Shown: positions 28,270-38,189, counted from the first letter of the stretch. The stretch is 64,000 nucleotides of DNA from an uncultured Candidatus Saccharibacteria bacterium (GCA_964599405.1 CAZRED010000001.1:149942-213941), one strand, 5' to 3'. The notes: a model not told the origin generated them from the letters alone. Made by a program: numbers and translations.

Positions 28270-29271
28270 ATGAAAAAACTACATCTAAAAAAACTCTTAT
28301 TGGCAACCAACCTAATGACTGTGCTGTCGTTATTGTCGCCCAACTTTGCCCAGGCAATTGAGTATGGTGGCGTTGGTGGAAAACCGGCCAATCCGATTGC
28401 CGGCAACTCTCGAACCGAGTCAATATTTATCCACACCCTTGAGCCGGGAGCAACCCAAGAAGACGGGGTGCTGGTGGTAAATAATAGCCCCGAGACTAAA
28501 ACCCTGTTGGTCTATGCAGCCGACTCCACTCCTTCCACCGATGGCGCTTTCGCCTGTAAGCAACTAACCGAAGAGAAGACCGACGTCGGTGCTTGGATTA
28601 CCTTAAAAAAGTCAGAGGTAACACTGGAATCCGGTACCAAAGAAACCGTTCCCTTCACCATTCGCACTCCTCTAACCGCCAGCGTTGGCGAACATAACGG
28701 CTGTATCCTGATTCAGGAAAAGAAAGCCGCCGTTGAAGGCCAAACCGGCGCGGCCATATCGATGCGGACCGGTCTGCGCGTCGCTATTACTATTCCTGGA
28801 GATATCCTTAGAAAACTGGAAATTGGCGCCCTGACAGTGGCACCAACAGACGCTGGATTTTCCCTTACCCCCACAGTTAAAAACATTGGTAACGTCTCAA
28901 TTGACGCAAACGTTCGGGTAATAACACGCAATTTCATTGGGATGACGCATTTCACGAACGGCGGAGAGTTTCCGATTCTCCGAGGCGATACCTCACAGTG
29001 GAATTTCGATTTGAAAAGACCGTTTTGGGGCGGTTTTTACCGTTCCACCCCCGGCGTTGAGTACGACGAAAATCCAGAAGCGGGCGTTGGACTAAAAAGC
29101 GGCAAGGCGCTGACTAATTTAACTGGAGCCACCGTTTGGTTCTTTAGTTTCCCAACGCTACCGGCCTTACTAATCGAAATCTTGGTACTACTGTTTATTT
29201 TCCTTGGCTTACCGTTGATCATTCGCCAGATCCGCAAAAATCGCTCAGTGCCTTCAGTGCCGCTAGCTTAG
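28270..29271 (+). CDS. Signal-peptide protein with a C-terminal TM anchor and short basic tail (DUF916/CscA-like architecture)
   Basis: 333 aa. Lipobox-less signal peptide. C-terminal helix FPTLPALLIEILVLLFIFLGLPLII is followed by RQIRKNR. Confidence 0.45.
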   Translation: MKKLHLKKLLLATNLMTVLSLLSPNFAQAIEYGGVGGKPANPIAGNSRTESIFIHTLEPGATQEDGVLVVNNSPETKTLLVYAADSTPSTDGAFACKQLTEEKTDVGAWITLKKSEVTLESGTKETVPFTIRTPLTASVGEHNGCILIQEKKAAVEGQTGAAISMRTGLRVAITIPGDILRKLEIGALTVAPTDAGFSLTPTVKNIGNVSIDANVRVITRNFIGMTHFTNGGEFPILRGDTSQWNFDLKRPFWGGFYRSTPGVEYDENPEAGVGLKSGKALTNLTGATVWFFSFPTLPALLIEILVLLFIFLGLPLIIRQIRKNRSVPSVPLA

Positions 29272-29308
29272 GCCAGCTTGTGCTGGTGGTGGGGCTTTTG
29301 GATAAAGG

Positions 29309-32300
29309 ATGACTAAGCTCCAAATACAACTCCTGCTTGTGATTGGTCTATTGGCGTTGATTGTCAGTGGTTCCTTGGCGTTACGTAAACCGCCCTCAGT
29401 AACTCCGCCCGAAGCTACCTACCGCTACCGCCCACTATCAGAGCTGAAGCTCAATACCACGAATCGGGACAAGTATTTCGTTGGCCAGCACGAAGTGGTT
29501 CCGACGACGGAGCCAATCACGGCGGCTGTGCCACCACTGGCGCACCAAGCTCGGCTCTCTTTGAACAGCGCTCACCCCGGTCTACCAAATACTGGTGCCG
29601 GCGATTTTGATACCTCGATTAAAGCCACTGGCACGGGTTCGATTGCCGAAGCGGTACCGAAAAGCTCCCAGGCCAAAGCGGGTCTGTATCAGCTGAAAGT
29701 AACCGACGGGGTCACTGGGCAGGTAGTTTCTGACCAGACCGTTGCCTGGGGCGTATTAGTTTTTAACTCCGATTACGCCGCCTATCCAATCAACACCAAA
29801 GCCAGACTAGCGATGGCGGTTTTGGACGACCGTGGCAAGATGATCTGTGACGCCGAGCTGACGCTGGCGATCACTGAGCCCAACGGCCGAACTATTACAT
29901 TAAGCACGGCTAATAACCAAATTCTCGTTAATGAGGCCTGTTTTGTCTACGGATTGACCGAAGAGCCAGACTACGTGGCCGAATATTTACCAACCCAAGC
30001 TGGTAACTATCAGGTTGCCTTAACCGCTCGGATCGGTAACGGCGTTAGAGTGCTACACGATCAATTCTCCGTGGTCGAAAACGCCCCGTTCTATCTGCAA
30101 AGGGTTGGTGCTTCCCGAACCTATCCGGCCGCTAGCTATCCCTACACCTTTAACTTTCAACCCACCCAAAGCGGTCGTTACCAATTAACCGAAAACGTGC
30201 CGGGCAGTTTCGAAATACTCGACCTGACGATTGACGGCAACCCCTGCCCGACGGAAAGCTTACTGAACGCCGGAGCTTGCAAGATTGAGGTCTCTGAGGA
30301 CGGCAATGAGAAGCAATTAATCTGGCGGGTCGACGCCCGAGCCAATCGTGATATAAAGATCGCCTATACATTTAAGGGGCCTAGTATTTCGCCGTATTTA
30401 TTCCGGCTTGGACCGGCCGAAATCACCTCACCCGACGACTCAATTTGGACGGAGACACGTTCTTGGCTAATTGCCTCCGATGCCGCTTGCCAATCGAACG
30501 GCACTGGCGGCGGCAACTCCAACGCATCTGGCTCTTGGCAGACCTGCGGTGGGACGACCCCGCAGGCCGCTGACTCAATTACCATTCTGAGCGGCGACAC
30601 CATTACTATGAACGCCGCCTTGAGCGTCACCAGCATTGTTATCAACAACGGCGGCATTTTTACCAACAACGCCAGCCCCTTCACCTTAACGCTCACCGGT
30701 ACCACTGGCACCCTCTTCACCTTGGGCGCAACCGGTACCTTCACGCCCGGCACTTCGATTAGCGTCACGATGAACCCAAATGCTTCAATTACCACTACCT
30801 CCGGTACCATTACTTTTTTTGACTTAAACTTTACGCCGACAATCTCTGCCAGCAACAAAACCTATACGATGGGTTCCGGCGCTCTGACCATTAACGGCAA
30901 CTGGGCTATTACCGGTACGGCCGCGAGTAACGCCTTAACCTTAACGGTTAATATGAGTGCCAACGTGACGGTGGCTTCGACAAAAACCACGACGATTGGC
31001 CCGGCGTCGTTAACTAACAGAGCCACTTTGGACGTACAGCCCTCACTGGCCAGCTACAACCTAACGACCGGTACCCTGGCTATCACCGCCCTAGGTACGC
31101 TAAACGCCGCCAATGCCACCTCGGCGATTACGGTTGCCAACAGCTACAGCAATAGCGGCATTTTCACCGCCGGTTCTAGCACGGTTAGCTTCACCGCTAC
31201 TGCCACTGGTAAAACTTTGAGCGGTACACTATCCGGCGCTAACGGTAAATTCTTCAACGTCATTTTCAACGGCGTCGGCGGTGCCTGGGCATTCGGTGCT
31301 GCCGTCGAAGTAGCTAACGACTTTACCGTTACAAATGGGGCCGTCACTGCTAGTAACAATAATCTCTCCGTCACTCGTGACTTTACACTGGCTTATACCG
31401 CCGGTGTTTCTTACGTGGCTGGATCGTCAACCGTTACCGTCGCCAGACACTTCAATGACCCTGGCGTCAAATACGTTTCTAACACTTCCGAGCTGGCTCT
31501 GGACGGCACGGGCACTTTAACCACCGCTACAACTGCTTCCCTTTACGATGTATCGCTTGGCCAATCCGGCAACACAACAACACTGGCAATGGCCGGAGCG
31601 ATCGACAACTTTAACTACTACGCTAGCGACACAGATCATTTCCGGGTCCTGCTCTTCGACGGGAGTGTTGTCAAATACAAAAGCGCCGAGATAACCCCGC
31701 CCGGCACCGGTGTCAGAAGCTATACTCCGCCATCCCCTGTCCCCTACAAAGCTGGCTGGAGTATCGGTATCTATACCGTCGGTAATGGCGTCATTCCCTA
31801 CACCGGTAGCGGCGGCACACACTACTACCAAGCCAATAACTCTGGCCAACCAAACGAGGAAGCTACGATTTCCTGGCAAGGAACAACAGTCCGAACCTAT
31901 TCGATTAACGGCGAGGTCAACGGCGTCCGGGTAATCGGCAATGACGCTATCAGCCGGCCTTCGCTCGACTCATTCACTAATACCTCCCTGAAAGACACCA
32001 ATAACAACGCTACGGGGGTGGCGGAAGGATTATTAACTGTGACCAACGGCGCTACCTTGAACGGCGGTACGGTTACCGGCACTGATACCGGACTATTTCT
32101 ACCGTGTAGCACAACTTGTTCCGGCCACCTGGTCTTTAACTCACCGACCACCTTGAGCGGCTCCGGCGACAACCGGGTAGTTTACTCAACCGGCAACTCA
32201 ATAACCTATACCGTTACTGGGGGAACCTACGGCAGTTGGAATATTGCAATGGAGACAACCACCCTGTCCGATACGCCGATAACGTTCGAGCTTGGGGGAA

Positions 32301-35053
32301 ATATTATCACCGACGGGTTTGTCGCCCTTCAAGGGTCGCCCCTGGGTGGGAGCAATAGCTTCAACACCGCCGGTTTCAATATGACCGCACTGCGTTTTGA
32401 CGCTGGCAGCGAAAACCAGACCGGTAGTTGGGTCGTTAATCTTGGCGCCTCAACAATTACCCTGGACTCGACTAGCGACTCCTTTGGCGTAGCCAGCAAC
32501 GGCGGCTCCCATACCTTCAACCTCTCTACTTCCTCTGTCTCCACGACTGGGGATATCCGGTTTATTAACGGTACCGGTACAGTCGCCGCGTCTGGCAGTA
32601 CTTCCACGATTACGATGACACCAGCCGCTTCGACCACCCGGACTTTCACCACTAACGCCCAAACGATTGATAACTTTGTCGTTAACGGCGGTAACGGTGC
32701 CGCCACTGTCAACCTGGACGGCAATTTAATTGCCTCTGACAACTTAACGATTACCGCTGGTACTTTGGACGTTACGGCAACGCCGTACAGCGTCACAATC
32801 GGCGGCAACTACTCTAACTCCGGCAGCTTTACTCCCCGGTTGGGTACTGTGACTTTTAATGCTACCGACGCGGGTAATACTCTGGCGGGCACGATGACCG
32901 GTGCGTCAGCCTTTTATAATCTCGTTTTCGACGGCGTTGCTGGCGGCTGGAGCTTTAGCGCCGCGGTGACGGCAACGAACGACTTTACCGTTACCAACGG
33001 GGACGTTACCGCCAATAACAATAACTTGACTGTTACCAGGGACTTTACGCTAACTAACGTGGTGGGCGTTTCCTACACGGCCGGCTCCTCCACCATCACC
33101 GTTAGCCGCGACTACAATAACCCCGGCGACCGGTTTGTTCGTGGCACATCATTAGTTATCCTTGACGGCACCGGCAACGTTAATACCACTGGCGGTAAAT
33201 TTAATAACCTTTCTCTGGCTTACACCTCACAAGTCTCAACCTTCAATACCACCAACTTCGCGGTTTACGGCGTTCTCACCTTTAACGGCGGTACCGCCAA
33301 CGGGAGTGTTGACGGTTACGTTTCGCTGGAGCGATCTGCTAGCGCTACCCCAATTGTGTTCGCATCAGCCACCACCCTCTCCGGCACTAGTAGGACGCTT
33401 TTTCATAACAACAACGCCAATAGCCTGACTACCACCATCGCTGGTGGTAACTACGGGACGTGGAATATTATTTTGTTTACTACCCTTGGGCCTGCCACCA
33501 GTAGTATCTACCAGTTAGCCGGTAATATTACTAACACTGGTTACGTTACCCTCCAGGCCGTTGGGGGATCGACGGGCAACGTTTTTAACACCCAAAACTT
33601 CAACATTACATCGCTACGGTTTGACCTCGGCACCCAGTCCCGAACCGGACCGTGGACTGTCAATTTTGGGTCTTCGACGCTGACCCTTTCTGATACTGCT
33701 GATTCGTTTGGCGTTGCTAGTAACGGCGGCTCTCATACCTTCAACCTTTCAACCGCCGCCATCAACACCGTTGGGAACGTGCTGTTTGCCAACGGCACCG
33801 GCACCGTGTCCGTGAGTCAGGGCACCTCGACCGTGACTTGGGCGCACCCAACTGGTACCAAAACTTACGCCCCCAACAGCCAATCTCTGCACAATCTCAC
33901 GCTCAACAGCGCCGCTGGTACCCTTCAACCCAATGGTGCCGTTATTGCTACCGGCAACTTTATTATCACCGCCGGCAGCTACGACACCGTTGCTGGCCAA
34001 GACTACGCCTTAACGATCGGCGGCAACTACACCAACTCCGGCACATTTAATGCGCAGGGTGGAACGGTTACCCTAAACGGCTCCGCTACCCAAACGCTTT
34101 CTGGCACGATGGTCGGCGGTAGCGCATTCAATAACTTAACGATTACCAATAATTCTGGCACATCGGCTAGCGACTGTGAGCGAACAAGTTTTGTCCCATC
34201 AGTGGACTTTAATGCCGCTGCTTGGACAAGCGGTAACTACACCATCACTACGGCCAATGTTCGGGTCGAGTACAACTCCGGCTCTACCTACGCCTTCACC
34301 AACATCAATTGGAACGGTCAGACGATTGGGACACAGATTTACTTCCGCAACTCGGTCGCCAGCGACACCTGGCTGTTGGATGTTTCGGGAACGCAGACAG
34401 CTGTCTCCTACGTTAACGTCTCCCGGTCTAACGCCGCTAGTGGCCTTCAGATTGTTGCTAGCGACGGTACCAACACTGACTGCAACAACAATAGTAACTG
34501 GCTTTTCGTTTCTGGTGCCTTATCGACCGATATCGTTAACGCTGGCGGCACTCCAATTGATTCACCATCTATCGCCATGGGTGCAGCCACATTCTCCCTT
34601 TTATATCAAACAGTTAGCGGTATCTTTGGCGCCACTGATGAAAAAGTCAGAGTTAGTAACACCACCGTTAACCCCCAATGGAGCTTGACGATTGCCGCCA
34701 GTAGCGGTCCGACTGGGCTCTGGTCGGCTGGGACACCGAAGTATGACTTTAACGACCCAACTGGGAGTGCAGGAGACGGCGGCGATGGCGACGCTTACGG
34801 GGGACAGCTGACAATGGATGTGACTGGTGGAACCCTTGGTGGAACCTGCTCGACGACCGGAATAACTAAAGGATCATCTGCTGGTTTTTCTGAAGGAGTG
34901 GTCAACTCAATCACCCTGCTCACGGCCAGTGGCACGGCCGACGTTAGTTGCTATTGGGATTTAACCGGCGTGGACGTACTTCAAACCCTACCTTCCGAGC
35001 AAGCAACTAGCAGCTACTCCATCAATATGACTCTCACTATTACCGCCAATTAA
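29309..35053 (+). CDS. Giant (1914 aa) repeat-rich surface protein ending in the WxL-like module
   Basis: Signal/TM at the N-terminus. Long Thr/Gly/Asn-rich beta-solenoid-like repeats with two roughly 400-aa internal duplications. The last roughly 170 aa are homologous to the two small paralogs (YWDLTGVDV, QWSLTIAAS). Confidence 0.7.
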   Translation: MTKLQIQLLLVIGLLALIVSGSLALRKPPSVTPPEATYRYRPLSELKLNTTNRDKYFVGQHEVVPTTEPITAAVPPLAHQARLSLNSAHPGLPNTGAGDFDTSIKATGTGSIAEAVPKSSQAKAGLYQLKVTDGVTGQVVSDQTVAWGVLVFNSDYAAYPINTKARLAMAVLDDRGKMICDAELTLAITEPNGRTITLSTANNQILVNEACFVYGLTEEPDYVAEYLPTQAGNYQVALTARIGNGVRVLHDQFSVVENAPFYLQRVGASRTYPAASYPYTFNFQPTQSGRYQLTENVPGSFEILDLTIDGNPCPTESLLNAGACKIEVSEDGNEKQLIWRVDARANRDIKIAYTFKGPSISPYLFRLGPAEITSPDDSIWTETRSWLIASDAACQSNGTGGGNSNASGSWQTCGGTTPQAADSITILSGDTITMNAALSVTSIVINNGGIFTNNASPFTLTLTGTTGTLFTLGATGTFTPGTSISVTMNPNASITTTSGTITFFDLNFTPTISASNKTYTMGSGALTINGNWAITGTAASNALTLTVNMSANVTVASTKTTTIGPASLTNRATLDVQPSLASYNLTTGTLAITALGTLNAANATSAITVANSYSNSGIFTAGSSTVSFTATATGKTLSGTLSGANGKFFNVIFNGVGGAWAFGAAVEVANDFTVTNGAVTASNNNLSVTRDFTLAYTAGVSYVAGSSTVTVARHFNDPGVKYVSNTSELALDGTGTLTTATTASLYDVSLGQSGNTTTLAMAGAIDNFNYYASDTDHFRVLLFDGSVVKYKSAEITPPGTGVRSYTPPSPVPYKAGWSIGIYTVGNGVIPYTGSGGTHYYQANNSGQPNEEATISWQGTTVRTYSINGEVNGVRVIGNDAISRPSLDSFTNTSLKDTNNNATGVAEGLLTVTNGATLNGGTVTGTDTGLFLPCSTTCSGHLVFNSPTTLSGSGDNRVVYSTGNSITYTVTGGTYGSWNIAMETTTLSDTPITFELGGNIITDGFVALQGSPLGGSNSFNTAGFNMTALRFDAGSENQTGSWVVNLGASTITLDSTSDSFGVASNGGSHTFNLSTSSVSTTGDIRFINGTGTVAASGSTSTITMTPAASTTRTFTTNAQTIDNFVVNGGNGAATVNLDGNLIASDNLTITAGTLDVTATPYSVTIGGNYSNSGSFTPRLGTVTFNATDAGNTLAGTMTGASAFYNLVFDGVAGGWSFSAAVTATNDFTVTNGDVTANNNNLTVTRDFTLTNVVGVSYTAGSSTITVSRDYNNPGDRFVRGTSLVILDGTGNVNTTGGKFNNLSLAYTSQVSTFNTTNFAVYGVLTFNGGTANGSVDGYVSLERSASATPIVFASATTLSGTSRTLFHNNNANSLTTTIAGGNYGTWNIILFTTLGPATSSIYQLAGNITNTGYVTLQAVGGSTGNVFNTQNFNITSLRFDLGTQSRTGPWTVNFGSSTLTLSDTADSFGVASNGGSHTFNLSTAAINTVGNVLFANGTGTVSVSQGTSTVTWAHPTGTKTYAPNSQSLHNLTLNSAAGTLQPNGAVIATGNFIITAGSYDTVAGQDYALTIGGNYTNSGTFNAQGGTVTLNGSATQTLSGTMVGGSAFNNLTITNNSGTSASDCERTSFVPSVDFNAAAWTSGNYTITTANVRVEYNSGSTYAFTNINWNGQTIGTQIYFRNSVASDTWLLDVSGTQTAVSYVNVSRSNAASGLQIVASDGTNTDCNNNSNWLFVSGALSTDIVNAGGTPIDSPSIAMGAATFSLLYQTVSGIFGATDEKVRVSNTTVNPQWSLTIAASSGPTGLWSAGTPKYDFNDPTGSAGDGGDGDAYGGQLTMDVTGGTLGGTCSTTGITKGSSAGFSEGVVNSITLLTASGTADVSCYWDLTGVDVLQTLPSEQATSSYSINMTLTITAN

Positions 35054-35081
35054 CAGACTTTCCTCTCCATTAATTTACGTA

Positions 35082-36089
35082 GTGAGTTTGTTTCGTTATC
35101 CTAATATTGGTAGGGGTGTAATCGATTCCATGAGAACTGGCCGTTTTAAACTGTTTGCTTTGATACTAGGTCTGACCATAGTAGCGTTTGGGAGTGGCAT
35201 AAAAACCGTCGCCGCCCAAGACAGTCCCAGCGTCTTATATGTCCCCTTAATCGGCCTAACATCGGTACCAGATCCGTTGGCACTACCGGATGGGGCGGGT
35301 GATGTAACGTATCATTACGCAGTTAAAAACTTTCTTAGCGAGGCGGCTTTAACTAACGTCCAAGTCGTCGACGACAACTGTGCCTCCGTTAAATTTATCG
35401 AAGGCGACGATAATAACGACTCCGAGCTTGATTACGACGAAACCTGGCGCTACACCTGTACCACTAAAGTTTCCGTCACCACTCAAAGTACGGCCACGGC
35501 CACCGGTACTGCCAATAATTTAACCGCGACTCACAAAGCCTACGTTACCGTTATTGTTGGTCTAAGTGACCCAGCCCCACTTGTTAGTATTGTTAACATC
35601 ACCAAAGTTGCCTATCCATTGTCCCTACCGGCCGAAGGAGGCGACATTACCTTTATCTATAAGGTTAACAATCCAGGCGTCGTGTCATTAAGTGATGTCA
35701 CTGTCGTTGATGATAGGTGTGGGGCGATGTCCGGCAAACTCGGGGACAGGAACGGCAACGGCCTGCTGGATACCAATGAGGTTTGGATTTACACCTGTAC
35801 AATGACTCTGAGAGAGACTACTACCAATACCGCCACCGTTACCGCTTTTGCTAATGGATTAATGGCCACGAATAACTTTTCCCTGACCGTCAAGGTTGAC
35901 ACCCTAGTCGATCAGGCGCTCATCAAACTTCCCGATACCGGCAAAGATGCGCTATTAAAAATTATGGTTTGGGAAATCTTATTAGGTATATTGGTAACTC
36001 TACTCACCATATCTATTGTTTTAAACCGAAAGAATCGACTGCGAAGCGTTGAAATTACACAAAATATCTTAGACGGGGGAAGAAAGTAA
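35082..36089 (+). CDS. LPXTG-anchored surface protein with two tandem roughly 110-aa repeats
   Basis: C-terminal LPDTG, hydrophobic helix, then NRKNRLRS. Repeats contain VVDDNC...WRYTCT and VVDDRC...WIYTCT. The likely start is the internal Met at 35130. Confidence 0.65.
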   Translation: MSLFRYPNIGRGVIDSMRTGRFKLFALILGLTIVAFGSGIKTVAAQDSPSVLYVPLIGLTSVPDPLALPDGAGDVTYHYAVKNFLSEAALTNVQVVDDNCASVKFIEGDDNNDSELDYDETWRYTCTTKVSVTTQSTATATGTANNLTATHKAYVTVIVGLSDPAPLVSIVNITKVAYPLSLPAEGGDITFIYKVNNPGVVSLSDVTVVDDRCGAMSGKLGDRNGNGLLDTNEVWIYTCTMTLRETTTNTATVTAFANGLMATNNFSLTVKVDTLVDQALIKLPDTGKDALLKIMVWEILLGILVTLLTISIVLNRKNRLRSVEITQNILDGGRK

Positions 36090-36132
36090 CCATGAATTGT
36101 TTAGAGGACTAAATGAATAGTTTGTTACACAA

Positions 36133-37044
36133 ATGAAAAGACCAAAATTAGTATTAATAATTATTGTGCTGGTTGTTGTAGCCGCGTTGGGGGCCGGAGT
36201 TTATTTCAAGCTGATTCCCCGTCTGTTCCAAAAACCCGTCGCCACAGTAGTCGATCAGCTATTCGGTTGGAAGTTTCCAATTACCAAATTCCCACTGGTT
36301 GGGCCGGATGGCCAACTGGCGTACTCCAACATCCGTGATCCTGGCGGTATACCACAAGGGCTACCAGTTCGCCTGAAAGTTCCCGTTATCGGCGTCGATT
36401 CAGCTATTGAAGACGCGCTGATTACCCCGGACGGAAGAATGGACGTGCCAATCGGCTCGGTTAATGTTGCCTGGTTTTCTCTTGGCCCTCATCCCGGCGA
36501 CGAAGGAAGCGCGGTGATCGGTGGGCATTTTGGGATTAGAGACGGGGTGCCGTTCGTCTTCTACAACTTAGACAAGCTAAAGGTTGGCGACAAGGTATAT
36601 GTGGTCGACGACAAAGACCAGACATTGGCTTTCCAGGTCAGGGAAATTAAATTATTCGATCGAAACGCTGATGCAACGACGGTTTTTACCTCCGATGACG
36701 GGTTGGCTCATCTTAACCTGATTACTTGCGAAGGCATTTGGAACCAAGTTGACGGTTCGTATCCCGAGCGGCGAGTAGTGTTTACCGATGCCATACCATC
36801 AGAAGGGGCAGTAACCGTTACTCCTAAGTCTCCAACGGCGGCGATTCCCACGCCAAACCCAACACCAACTCCGACACCAACTCCGACAACAGAAAATACA
36901 GTATCTACAGCTGCCTTGCTTCAGAGCGTGAATCGGGCAATAAAAAGTGCGGCCAGTACGCCAATCGACGCACTAATCACTTTCACCCTACTAGCTTCGA
37001 TAGCGTATATGGCCACCAAAATCGTCAGGCTCCGCAGAGCATAG
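36133..37044 (+). CDS. Sortase family transpeptidase
   Basis: N-terminal TM. Catalytic His in GGHFG, TLxTC-type motif LNLITCEG, Arg in RRVVFTD. Pro/Thr-rich linker and C-terminal TM. Confidence 0.75.
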   Translation: MKRPKLVLIIIVLVVVAALGAGVYFKLIPRLFQKPVATVVDQLFGWKFPITKFPLVGPDGQLAYSNIRDPGGIPQGLPVRLKVPVIGVDSAIEDALITPDGRMDVPIGSVNVAWFSLGPHPGDEGSAVIGGHFGIRDGVPFVFYNLDKLKVGDKVYVVDDKDQTLAFQVREIKLFDRNADATTVFTSDDGLAHLNLITCEGIWNQVDGSYPERRVVFTDAIPSEGAVTVTPKSPTAAIPTPNPTPTPTPTPTTENTVSTAALLQSVNRAIKSAASTPIDALITFTLLASIAYMATKIVRLRRA

Positions 37045-37060
37045 CGACAGTGTTACCGCA

Positions 37061-38032
37061 CTATTTAGTTGTTAAATTCCACAGAAACTCAATTGCTCGA
37101 TTCTCTGCCCAGTGATGGTCGGGGTCGCCGTTTTTGGACTGACTAATAAATCCACCGTGGCCACCGCCATTGGTGATGATTAACTGGACGTTCGGGTTGT
37201 TGTCTACCCCATCAAACGAGCGGGCGGGGATTACCACATCGTCAGCGCTCTGAATAATCAGGGTGGGAACGGCAATGTTTGGCAAAAACGGCCGGGCGCT
37301 GGCCTTGGCGTGATAGTCGCCGGCATCAATAAAACCGTTATGGGGAGCACAGAACCGATCGTAATCCCCCAGTGTTTTAATGTGCTTAATGGCCTGGATA
37401 TCGTACCTTCCCGGAAAAAGACGGCTCCGAGTGCGCAGCGACGACATCTGCCAATACAACATCAGCCAACGATAGATGGCCGGGGCCTTGTTATCGACAG
37501 AATCAACAGCGGCGGCTAGGTCAATTAGCGGTGAAATTCCGACTGCTCCAATTAGTTGCTTCGGAGCGTCCTGGCCCCATTCGCCAACCGCTTTTAGGCA
37601 GGCGTTGCCGCCGTAGGAAAAACCCATCAGCCCAATTTTCGGCAGTGAATCTTCCCTAATTAACTCTTCAATCACTATGCGCAGATCGGCACTCTGGCCG
37701 GCGTGAGAGAGGGTTTTACTGTATTTCTCACTGCCGCCGCCGTTGCGTAAATTAACCCTGACCACGTTGAAACCGCGGGTGTAGGCTTTGGCGGTGGTGC
37801 CTCGAACGTATGGGCTGATAGTCGAACCATTGAGCCCGGCAATGATAACTAAAGTGGGGGAGGTAGTTTTATCAGCCTGCCAAGAGCATTCCCCAACTAG
37901 TTGAGAGCCATCGGGCAGTTGAAAACGGCGATCTTTCGACGGAAAAAACCTAATTGGCCTGGGCATCAGCACGCTGCCGATTGTTTGGAGATGCGGGCTT
38001 TTTAACCATTTGGCTACGACAAAATTATTCAT
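37061..38032 (-). CDS. Alpha/beta-hydrolase (YheT/ABHD-type)
   Basis: Nucleophile elbow GFSYGGN. Asp and His positions are consistent with the fold. Confidence 0.65.
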   Translation of the reverse strand: MNNFVVAKWLKSPHLQTIGSVLMPRPIRFFPSKDRRFQLPDGSQLVGECSWQADKTTSPTLVIIAGLNGSTISPYVRGTTAKAYTRGFNVVRVNLRNGGGSEKYSKTLSHAGQSADLRIVIEELIREDSLPKIGLMGFSYGGNACLKAVGEWGQDAPKQLIGAVGISPLIDLAAAVDSVDNKAPAIYRWLMLYWQMSSLRTRSRLFPGRYDIQAIKHIKTLGDYDRFCAPHNGFIDAGDYHAKASARPFLPNIAVPTLIIQSADDVVIPARSFDGVDNNPNVQLIITNGGGHGGFISQSKNGDPDHHWAENRAIEFLWNLTTK

Positions 38033-38117
38033 TTAGTCCTCTAAACAGTTCATTTAGTCCCCTAAACAGTTCATTTAGTCCTCTAAACAATTCATTTAGT
38101 CCTCTAAACAATTCATT
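38029..38117. repeat. 21-bp tandem repeat, 4.2 copies (TCATTTAGTCCTCTAAACAGT)
   Basis: Copies at 38029, 38050, 38071 and 38092. The first copy contains the hydrolase start codon and SD on the minus strand. Confidence 0.85.
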
Positions 38118-38189
38118 ATATTTGGTGTAGTATACATCGTTAGCTCTAGGACTTACCGGTACTTGAATTCTACAGCTGCGGGCTGGAAA

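Noticed and set aside
30364-32808. Several 70-160-aa minus-strand ORFs inside the 1914-aa gene
   Set aside because: Shadow frames of the repetitive Thr/Gly-rich giant gene, with Val/Pro-rich artefactual translations.
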